A stretch of DNA of 64,000 bases, taken from positions 8,489-72,488 of the forward strand of contig JAJDVG010000028.1 of NCBI GenBank assembly GCA_022826245.1, written 5' to 3'. This stretch comes from Gammaproteobacteria bacterium (GTDB lineage Bacteria; Pseudomonadota; Gammaproteobacteria; Steroidobacterales; Rariloculaceae). Position 1 is the first letter of the stretch; every line of letters begins with the position of its first letter. Of this stretch, positions 1 to 7,586 are shown piece by piece. A program made the translations under genes and the position numbers. Below the pieces are notes generated by a model, which was not told where the DNA came from, did no database searches, and was given only the letters and a program-made list of their open reading frames with translations.

Positions 1-500
1 AGCAAGGCGCCGGATTCCTCGACCCGCGCTGCACGTGGCGTGAAGTTCATGTAGCCGCCCATCTTGGCCGGCCCGAAGATCGGCGATGCCGGACCTCGCA
101 CGATGTCGATGCGGTTGGAGGCGCCGATGGGAGTCGGGTAGTTGCCGCGATTGGCGAGCCGCCGCATGCCGCGAAAATAACTTTCCCCCGGCGTGCCGCG
201 GATGTCGAGCGAGCCCGCCACGCCGAAGAACGACTGCGTGTAGGTGCCGGGCGCCAGCGCCACGAGCTCGTCGATGTCGCGCATGTCGAAACGCCGGATC
301 ATCTCCCCGCTGACGCTGGAGACCGACCGCGGCGTCTCGAGCAGCGACTTTCCGAAGCCGAACACGGAATCGACCGCTTCGCCGGGCTGACTGCGGAGAT
401 CACCGCGCACCACGACTTCCTCCAGGACGTTTTGCTGGGCGAGGGTGGGTGCTGGCGCAAGCAGTATGCCGAGCGCGATAGCGGCGCCGGTGCAGACCAT
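1..500 (-). CDS. TonB-dependent receptor, 5' part (runs off the left edge; not in the ORF track)
   Basis: Manual translation: MVCTGAAIALGILLAPAPTLAQQNVLEEVVVRG (signal peptide and TonB box), then SLLETPRSVSSV...LDIRG...RIDIVRGPASPIFG...GGYMNF (plug domain). Start uncertain. Confidence 0.85.
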   Translation of the reverse strand, partial: MVCTGAAIALGILLAPAPTLAQQNVLEEVVVRGDLRSQPGEAVDSVFGFGKSLLETPRSVSSVSGEMIRRFDMRDIDELVALAPGTYTQSFFGVAGSLDIRGTPGESYFRGMRRLANRGNYPTPIGASNRIDIVRGPASPIFGPAKMGGYMNFTPRAARVEESGAL

Positions 501-573
501 GATCGATTCCGTACTAATCTGAATCGTACGTAGAGAAAGTCTCCGTTGACCTGAATCTCCACGCCCTGATACG

Positions 574-762
574 GTGTTCGACATGCGGAAGGGGGTTCTT
601 GATCGCGCCTTGCTCATGGCGATTCTCGCCGCGCTCGGCGGCTTGTATTGGCAACTCTTCAGCGTTTCCGGCCACATCGCAGATGTGCGCGAGCGGTTGG
701 CGAGCGTCGAAACGCAGCTCGAATACGCGCTATCGCGTACTTCCGATCCAATCTCCGACTGA
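574..762 (+). CDS. Small hypothetical single-pass membrane protein
   Basis: Hydrophobic ALLMAILAALGGLYWQLF followed by coiled-coil-like IADVRERLASVETQLE; start at GTG 574 or ATG 583. Confidence 0.5.
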   Translation: MFDMRKGVLDRALLMAILAALGGLYWQLFSVSGHIADVRERLASVETQLEYALSRTSDPISD

Positions 763-834
763 CACTCCCGTCATCCTGCCCCGGCACCGGCACTTCAGTG
801 CGTCGCGACGCCTTCACATGGTAGGTCGTGGATC

Positions 835-1434
835 GGCTCAAACCACTACTACCTCTCAGTGTTCGGCGAACCGGATGCCGACGGTGACTGAGCATACCTG
901 CTGACCGGCCATCATCTGGCGGTCACGTTCACGGTCTCACAATGTCGGGTTTCGTTCATGCCCCTTTTTCTGGGGTCGCAGCCCCTAATGGTCAGGCGCG
1001 GCATAGAGGCCGGATGGTCGCCCCTCTACCACGAAAGCACACGAGGATTCGACCTGATGCAGTCGCTGACGCCCGAGCAGCAGTTGTTGCTGCGGCTCCT
1101 GGTCATGGAGTTCGTCGGCAATGCCGGCCATGATGGCGCGCGAACCCAGCTTCTGGCGATCGACGACGGCGGTTGGGACGAGTTCTGGTTTGCGTGGCGC
1201 GGACCGACGGACGATCAGGACGACCTCTTCTACTATCGCGTGCACGGCGAACGCGTGCTGCTCGAGCTGGCCTGGGAGGCCCGCAACCACATTCACGCTA
1301 TCATTCGCGACCCGCTCAACGACTACGGCGAAGACTGGCTCGGACTGCATTACGCGGAGAACCATCCGGACATGTCCGCGATCATGGAAGAGGTACGGGA
1401 GCAAATCAGGAATTCCGAAGAGGAATCGCCGTAG
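835..1434 (+). pseudogene. DUF3500-family pseudogene, paralogue of 5830..7041
   Basis: Aligns to the C-terminal half of the intact copy; N-terminus missing, in-frame TGA at 889-891 where the paralogue has Trp, and a 39-aa internal deletion. Confidence 0.85.
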
Positions 1435-1457
1435 CCCGCACGAAGGGGTAAAAGGGA

Positions 1458-3227
1458 ATGACCAGAAAGATGCTCGCCGCCTGCCTGCTCGCACTGAGTA
1501 CGGCAGCGCTGGCACAGCCGCCGATAGCTGCGCTCGTCACGCGGCCCGGAGAGCGTATCGAGAACGTCATCGAGACAGACGACGGCACGCTCTACTTTAC
1601 GGGCGTCTTCAACAGCGAGGTCCTGCGGCGCACACCGGACGGCGAGGTCGAAGTCTTCGTCGATTCACTCTCCTTTCCGCAGGGCATCCTGCCCTATGGG
1701 GACGGCTTCGTGATCGATTCGCAGGATCGCGAACCGGACTTTACGGCGCCCGGGGGATTCAGTTTCGCGGGGCTCGGCGCACGCTTGTCGGTCGTGGATG
1801 CCGACGGAAACGTCGTTGATACATTGACCGGGCCGGACGATGACGCCTTCTACAACGGCATGGCCTTCGTCGGACCTGATGCACTCCTGATCGCGGATCC
1901 AGGCGGCGAGCGCCTGTTGCGCGCGGATCTCTCGAACGGGGCGGTGGAGGTCTGGCTCGACTCCGACGTCATACGGGCTTCGACCGGCGACGACAGCTTC
2001 CCGAACGGCCTCAAGGTCCATGACGGGTGGGCCTACTTCAGCCGCGGGGACATTTACCGGATCGAGATCGGCGCCGACGGCAGGCCGGCCGGAACTCCGA
2101 TTCTCGCGGCGGTAACAGGCGGCACGGACGACTTCGACGTCGCGCCGGACGGCACCATTTTCGCGAGCAGCGGCAACGACATCGTGATGACCACGGTCGA
2201 TGGCGACTCGATGGTGTTCGTCGACGAAGAATGTCCATTTTGCACGGCCGCGCGCGTGTCGCGGGATGGAGCGAGCCTCTACATCACGGGCGGTGGCCTG
2301 CCCTTCCTTCCGAATCCGCCCCCGGGACACGTAAGCCGCGTATCGCTTGAGTCCGTTTGCGGTCGCGCCTGCCTTGAGGAACATCTGGATTCCTATCTGC
2401 AGGCGGTCTTCGAGAACGATCCGGCCGCAGCGATGCTCGCACCTGAGCACCGCGCAACCGAGAACGCCGTCGACTTCGGCCCTGGTGAAGGACCATGGGC
2501 GAACACGACGGGCTACGGTGATGTCCAGCGCCGTTATGCGGATCCCGAGACCGGACAGGCCGCCTACTTCGGCTACCTGCGCGAAGGCGACATGGACAAC
2601 ATCGTTTCCGTGCGCATCCGCGTCGAGGACCGCGTGGTCACCGAGGCGGAGTGGACCATCGCCCGCGACGGACAGTTCGGTCTCATCGATGCCGCCGGGC
2701 TTGCCGCGAACCCGCCTCCCCCGGAAGAGGTGCTGCCGATGGACGAACGGACATCCCGGTTCATGATGGTCGCCATCGCGAACGGCTACTTCCAGGCGCT
2801 GCAGGATCATGACGGCGAGTACATTCCGCACTTCGACACCTGCGAACGCGTCGAGAACGGCGTCAAGGTCACGCATCGTCCGCTGAGCCAGCCGCTCGGC
2901 GGCCCGCCGCCGGAACCCGTGGAGGAAGCCGATGACGAGGCGCCATCGCTTGCCGACGAGGAGATTTCCGGCGACTGCGTGGCGGGCTTCGAGATCTTCC
3001 GCGACGGGATCGCCGAAGCGACGATGCGGCGCTTCCCGCTGGTGGATGAGGTTGCGGGCGTCGTGTTTGGTGCTACGATTTTTCGCCGCCCCGAAGGGAA
3101 TACGAATCGAAGGAACCTGCTGACCGAGTACTTCTACGTTCGCGAAGGCAGACTCGCTGGCATTTGGGCGGCCATGTACTACCTCGATCCGCAAGCGCCC
3201 TGGACGTCCGGATGGGAGAACAGATAG
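1458..3227 (+). CDS. Secreted two-domain protein: SMP-30/gluconolactonase-like beta-propeller plus uncharacterised C-terminal domain
   Basis: Signal peptide; propeller motifs ENV, FPQGI, FYNGM, FPNGL, TDDF; second domain begins CGRACLEEHLDSYL. Confidence 0.7.
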   Translation: MTRKMLAACLLALSTAALAQPPIAALVTRPGERIENVIETDDGTLYFTGVFNSEVLRRTPDGEVEVFVDSLSFPQGILPYGDGFVIDSQDREPDFTAPGGFSFAGLGARLSVVDADGNVVDTLTGPDDDAFYNGMAFVGPDALLIADPGGERLLRADLSNGAVEVWLDSDVIRASTGDDSFPNGLKVHDGWAYFSRGDIYRIEIGADGRPAGTPILAAVTGGTDDFDVAPDGTIFASSGNDIVMTTVDGDSMVFVDEECPFCTAARVSRDGASLYITGGGLPFLPNPPPGHVSRVSLESVCGRACLEEHLDSYLQAVFENDPAAAMLAPEHRATENAVDFGPGEGPWANTTGYGDVQRRYADPETGQAAYFGYLREGDMDNIVSVRIRVEDRVVTEAEWTIARDGQFGLIDAAGLAANPPPPEEVLPMDERTSRFMMVAIANGYFQALQDHDGEYIPHFDTCERVENGVKVTHRPLSQPLGGPPPEPVEEADDEAPSLADEEISGDCVAGFEIFRDGIAEATMRRFPLVDEVAGVVFGATIFRRPEGNTNRRNLLTEYFYVREGRLAGIWAAMYYLDPQAPWTSGWENR

Positions 3228-3271
3228 CGAGTCTGGCATCGCCGGACAGCAGACGTGAGGAGAATAGGAAA

Positions 3272-4213
3272 ATGACCCATTTCCCACTTGGGACCAGGAT
3301 CATGGTTGGCGCATTTGCGTTGGCCCTGCTCGGCGCCTGCGCCGAAAGCGAAATGCCGCAAGCGCAGGAGGCGCAGGACACTGCGGCCGCGCCGGACATG
3401 CCGGCTGCTCCGCCGGATCTGACGGCAGTCTGGGCCGTCGAAACGCGTTACGTCCTCGAAGGCAGCGCCGCCGGCGTTCCCCTTCAGCTCCACAGCACCA
3501 ATTGGGCTCCCCTGAGCGACGGCGTGCCCGAAGAGATTCAAGCACCGACTTTCGAAGAGCAAAGGGCTGGGATTGAACAGGTGATCGCGAGCAATGTGGA
3601 CCTCTTCGCCCAACGTGCCCGAAACCGGTTCCAACCCCCATACAACGAAGCCGGACTAGCCGCGCTTGAGCAGATGCAGGCCGGTCAGACGCCGCCGCAA
3701 AACCCGTACGAGATGTGCCTGCCAAGCAACGCGACCGGGTTCGGCGGAGTGTTCTCGACCGCGCGTATGGTCCACAAGGACGACCTGATCGTGGCCATAT
3801 CCCAGGACGGAACCGTTCGGCACTTCTATCTCGACGGCCGTGACTCCTCCAACGCCCTGCCCGCCTACGAGGGGCACTCGGTTGGTGGGTTCGACCCGGA
3901 CGGTACGCTGGTCGTCGAGACCACAGCCTATCTCGGCACGACATTCAATGGTTGGCCCATGAGCAGCGAAGCCCGCCTGGTCGAAACGCTGAGTCTTTCC
4001 GAAGACGGCAACGAACTCGCGATCAAGTCGGTGTATGAGGACCCCGTCTATCTTGCTGAACCCGTTGCCCGCATGACCTACATGTTCCGCCAGCCGGCCG
4101 ACTTCGAGCTGATTTTCGACCGCTGCGTGGAAAACGTATATGGCTCACTTGTTTACGACGAAGTCGTGCCAGATTACGTCAACGAACGACGTGAACTTCC
4201 GGAAGAGGATTGA
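3272..4213 (+). CDS. Uncharacterised lipoprotein
   Basis: Lipobox LLGAC; motifs PDLTAVW, CLP, GHSVG..DGTLVVET, EDPVYL; AGGAG upstream. Confidence 0.75.
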   Translation: MTHFPLGTRIMVGAFALALLGACAESEMPQAQEAQDTAAAPDMPAAPPDLTAVWAVETRYVLEGSAAGVPLQLHSTNWAPLSDGVPEEIQAPTFEEQRAGIEQVIASNVDLFAQRARNRFQPPYNEAGLAALEQMQAGQTPPQNPYEMCLPSNATGFGGVFSTARMVHKDDLIVAISQDGTVRHFYLDGRDSSNALPAYEGHSVGGFDPDGTLVVETTAYLGTTFNGWPMSSEARLVETLSLSEDGNELAIKSVYEDPVYLAEPVARMTYMFRQPADFELIFDRCVENVYGSLVYDEVVPDYVNERRELPEED

Positions 4214-4602
4214 TCGTGAACAGAACATTTTCGGCTTTATTCCTTGCCATTTTTTGCATTTCTTCTGCGGCAATAGCCCATCATTCGACCAACCTCGGCT
4301 ACGACACTTCGATCGAGGACTTCGAAGTTACCGGCGAATTCATCGAGTTTCGCTGGATCAACCCGCATGTGCTCATGCGCATAAGGCTGACCAACGCGGC
4401 GGGCGAAGAGGAAATCTGGACCGCCGAAACCCATAGCGCCGCAGTTCTCGGTCGCTTCGGCTGGCGCCCGAACATGTTCGAACCGGGCCAGCAACTCACC
4501 GTGATCGGCAATCCGCCGCGCCGCATGGAAGACCACATCGTGCACATCCAGTACGTGGAAACCGCGGGCGGTCAACGATATTCGGTGAACCAGGCGAACT
4601 GA
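4210..4602 (+). CDS. DUF6152-like secreted protein
   Basis: Signal peptide ending AHHS, VTG..EFRWINPH motif, OB-fold-like size; overlaps the upstream stop. Confidence 0.75.
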   Translation: MIVNRTFSALFLAIFCISSAAIAHHSTNLGYDTSIEDFEVTGEFIEFRWINPHVLMRIRLTNAAGEEEIWTAETHSAAVLGRFGWRPNMFEPGQQLTVIGNPPRRMEDHIVHIQYVETAGGQRYSVNQAN

Positions 4603-4688
4603 TCCAGCGCAGGTACCCGATCTCCGCCTGGCGAGACACTTTCGGAGTCGCCGCCCAGGCGCTTGAGTTGTCAACGAGGTTTTTCTCG

Positions 4689-4721
4689 TTGACACATAAG
4701 CTGTGCGCACATATCCTGTGC
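4689..4721 (+). promoter_or_regulatory. Sigma70 promoter with overlapping palindromic operators for the TA pair
   Basis: TTGACA (4689-4694), 17-bp spacer, TATCCT (4712-4717); palindromes CACA-N5-TGTG (4693-4705) and GCACA-N5-TGTGC (4707-4721); ATG 8 nt after the -10. Confidence 0.7.
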
Positions 4722-4725
4722 AGCC

Positions 4726-4959
4726 ATGAACGTAACCTTGTCACTCAATGACCGGGTTGTCGCGGAAGCGCGGCGGATCGCTCAGGCGCGCGGTACGAGC
4801 CTCAACCAGATGATTCGCGACTACCTCCAGCAGTTGACGGGGGCAGACGACGTCGAGGCCGTGATCGCGGAGCTTTCACAGCGGTGGGCCGACGAGAACT
4901 ATCGCTCCAGCAGCACATGGACGCGCGAGGAGTTGCATGAGCGACCGGGCGTTTCTTGA
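4726..4959 (+). CDS. Ribbon-helix-helix antitoxin (DUF6364-like)
   Basis: MNVTLSL..VVAEARRIA..GTSLNQMIRDYL; C-terminal WTREELHER; overlaps the PIN gene. Confidence 0.8.
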   Translation: MNVTLSLNDRVVAEARRIAQARGTSLNQMIRDYLQQLTGADDVEAVIAELSQRWADENYRSSSTWTREELHERPGVS

Positions 4960-5368
4960 TACGAATGTTCTCGTTTACGCGCACGACGCCCGCGACCCCC
5001 TGAAGCGCGAGCAGGCGCAGCAGTTGATCCTGCGGCTGCTGCGCGAGCGACGCGGCGTAGTGTCGGTCCAGGTACTCGAGGAGTTCTTCGCGGCCGCAAC
5101 CCGCAAGCTCGAAATGCCGGGCGACGTGGCGAAGCGGCACGTCGCATCCTACGCCCGGCTTGACGTTGTCTCGCTTGCCGTCCCGGACGTGCTGGCGGCG
5201 ATCGACCTGCATCGACTGCACGGATTTTCGATCTGGGACGCCCTCATCGTGCGCGCAGCGCTGAACGGCTCGTGCGCGACCTTGTACACCGAAGACCTGC
5301 AGCATGGTCGCCAGATAGAAACGCTGCTCGTCGACAACCCGTTCGCGGCGCAAAGCACACCCTCGTAG
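4937..5368 (+). CDS. vapC: PIN-domain toxin (VapC-like)
   Basis: FLDTNVLVYA, SVQVLEEF, SIWDALIV, LYTEDL PIN motifs. Confidence 0.9.
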   Translation: MSDRAFLDTNVLVYAHDARDPLKREQAQQLILRLLRERRGVVSVQVLEEFFAAATRKLEMPGDVAKRHVASYARLDVVSLAVPDVLAAIDLHRLHGFSIWDALIVRAALNGSCATLYTEDLQHGRQIETLLVDNPFAAQSTPS

Positions 5369-5383
5369 ACGGACGTGCGTCAG

Positions 5384-5442
5384 CTACTCCACCGTCATCG
5401 ACTTCGCGAGATTCCTCGGCTGATCGATATCCGTGCCCTTGA
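5384..5442 (-). repeat. Diverged direct repeat of the glmS 3' end (att-like site)
   Basis: 52 of 59 nt identical to 13396..13454; encodes KGTDIDQPRNLAKSMTVE* versus glmS KGTDVDQPRNLAKSVTVE*. Confidence 0.9.
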
Positions 5443-5829
5443 GCTCGGTTGTGAACGTTGAGGCAGCATTGCCGCGGAAATTCCTGTCGAGAGCTCGATA
5501 TCCGTGACGCCAACCGCAAAGCGTGGCGGCGGCCCACCAGACACCTGGGGGCATCCCGGGCAGGTACTTGGCCCAAGTACGGAACTTCAACGGATCGGGT
5601 CGTAGCAGCCCGATCCGCTCTTGGACTGACCCTCCACGGTCACAGAATCAACCCCGCACATTCACGCGTCCCTGCGGCCACCGCGACGAGCGCACCTCGG
5701 ATTGGCTGACGAACACCCGCGCCGTCAGCAAGTGACGCTTGCGGGCGAGCAAATGAGCCGGTTACGCTCTTGCGCCCGCACGCCGTTGTCTGGAGAGCCA
5801 TGACAGCGACGCCAACAAGGGTGAGAACC

Positions 5830-7041
5830 ATGCATAGACATCGCTGTACCCCGGTCACCTCGTTGACGATGTGTGCCGTTGCCTTGTCCGCACTGCTGTT
5901 CGCAGGCCATTCGCGGGCGCAGTTCGCGGGCAACATCGCCCTGCCTGAGGAATTCGGCGAGGCGCAGCGGGTCACCCTGGCCGCACAGGCCTTTCTGGAC
6001 TCGCTCACCGCTGAACAACGCAACACCGCTTCGCTGCCGCTCGACAGCGAAAACCGCGGCAACTGGTCGAATCTCCCAAACGGCATCGTTCAGCGATCGG
6101 GCCTGCGCACGGGAGACCTTGGCGAGGCGCAGCGCATCGCCCTGCACCACTTGCTGCGCTCCGCGATGTCGAGCCAGGGCTATCTGAAGGTGGCGGGCGT
6201 CATTCACATGGATGAAATCCTCGGCAACACCTACGCCGACCCGCCTGAAAACCTCATGAACATCGATGTCGGCGGCTTCGGTCGAGGGCCGGTCGAACTC
6301 AGCGGCGACTCGCCCGTGATCTTCGGCGCCAACCATTACTACGTTTCGCTGTTCGGCGCACCGGCCACCGATGGGGAATGGGCATTCCTGCTGACCGGCC
6401 ATCACCTGGCCGTCAGCTTCACGGTCGCGCAGGGTCGAATTGGCTTCACGCCGCTGTTCATGGGATCTCAGCCCCTGGTGGTCCGGCGCGGCGTCGAGGC
6501 CGGCTGGTCGCCGCTCTATCACGAGAGCATCCGCGGCTTCGATCTCATGGAATCTCTGACGGCCGAGCAACAGCAAACGGCGCTCATCAGCGAAGAACGC
6601 GTCTTCGATGTCCTGACGGGGCCGGGCAGACGCGACGGAGTGTCGTCGTTCGAAGGTCTCAAGGCTTCCGACATGTCGCCCGAGCAGCAGTTGTTGCTGC
6701 GGCTGCTCGTCATGGAGTTTGTCGGCAACGCCGGCTACGAAGGCGCCCGGGCACAGCTTCAGGCGATCGATGACAGCGGTTGGGACGAACTCTGGTTCGC
6801 CTGGCGCGGACCGGTCGGCGACCCGGAAGACCTTTTCTACTACCGCGTGCACGGCGAGCGGCTGATACTGGAGCTGGCTTGGGAGGCGCGCAACCACATT
6901 CACGCCATCGTTCGCGATCCGCTCAACGACTACGGCGAAGACTGGCTCGGCATCCATTACGTCGAAAACCACCCGGACGTGACCGCGTTGATGGAAGCGT
7001 TACAGGAGCAGGTCGAGCAGGGCGAAGCGTCGGCGCCGTAG
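5830..7041 (+). CDS. DUF3500-family secreted protein
   Basis: Signal peptide; motifs WSNLP..RSGL, GHHLAV, FAWRG, YYRVHG, NHIHAIVRDPLNDYG. Start uncertain (5770-5869). Confidence 0.85.
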   Translation: MHRHRCTPVTSLTMCAVALSALLFAGHSRAQFAGNIALPEEFGEAQRVTLAAQAFLDSLTAEQRNTASLPLDSENRGNWSNLPNGIVQRSGLRTGDLGEAQRIALHHLLRSAMSSQGYLKVAGVIHMDEILGNTYADPPENLMNIDVGGFGRGPVELSGDSPVIFGANHYYVSLFGAPATDGEWAFLLTGHHLAVSFTVAQGRIGFTPLFMGSQPLVVRRGVEAGWSPLYHESIRGFDLMESLTAEQQQTALISEERVFDVLTGPGRRDGVSSFEGLKASDMSPEQQLLLRLLVMEFVGNAGYEGARAQLQAIDDSGWDELWFAWRGPVGDPEDLFYYRVHGERLILELAWEARNHIHAIVRDPLNDYGEDWLGIHYVENHPDVTALMEALQEQVEQGEASAP

Positions 7042-7194
7042 CAGGAGCGGGTCACACGGGGAGGCGTCCGCGCCGTAGCACGCGCAGTTCTATCGGGTCG
7101 CGCTGGTAGAGAATCGTCCAGGGAACTCGGCCGCCGCGTGAACTGGCAACGAGAGTTGGCTTGTACTGGGATTCAATACGTGCAGAATAGCGCC

Positions 7195-7491
7195 ATGCCG
7201 CCGATCGCTCGACACAACTGGACACTCAAGCTCGGGTTAGCCCTGTTCCTGGCCGGGCAGCTTTGCTCCGTTGCACATGCGAGCGAATTCGGCCCACTTC
7301 CCCATGAGCACGATGGCGTCGTTTGTCTTGCGATCCTGACCGATGAGCAGGAAGGGCTCGTTCCGACTGCGAATCTCACTGCGCCAACGTTCATCGCCCT
7401 GGTCTCCGCTGTACCCCAAACAGCGAGACAAGCACCGCTCAAGCGGTTGCACTCGATTCGACCTCCGTCTACAGGTCCTCCCTCGATCTAA
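7195..7491 (+). CDS. DUF2946-like leader protein, candidate metal-sensing ribosome-arrest peptide
   Basis: Hydrophobic N-terminus ending VAHA, HEHDGVVC motif, C-terminal RPPSTGPP; immediately upstream of a TonB receptor. Confidence 0.6.
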   Translation: MPPIARHNWTLKLGLALFLAGQLCSVAHASEFGPLPHEHDGVVCLAILTDEQEGLVPTANLTAPTFIALVSAVPQTARQAPLKRLHSIRPPSTGPPSI

Positions 7492-7586
7492 AACTCCTTG
7501 ATTTCCTTGCACCGTTGAGAGCGTCTGTGCGTTCGCGCGCTGCGCTGGTGTCTTTGCGTATTTCAGAAGTTCATGGATCGAGACAA

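Noticed and set aside
759-780. Third glmS-tail remnant (ACTCC-CGTCATC)
   Set aside because: About 12 matching nt with a gap and no preserved frame; compatible with chance.
889-891. TGA as Trp or Sec recoding
   Set aside because: TGA is the normal stop of many genes here, and the same ORF is also truncated and internally deleted.
7141-7194. Zur/Fur box upstream of the leader ORF
   Set aside because: Only a weak GCAAC-N4-GTTG dyad; does not match either consensus convincingly.
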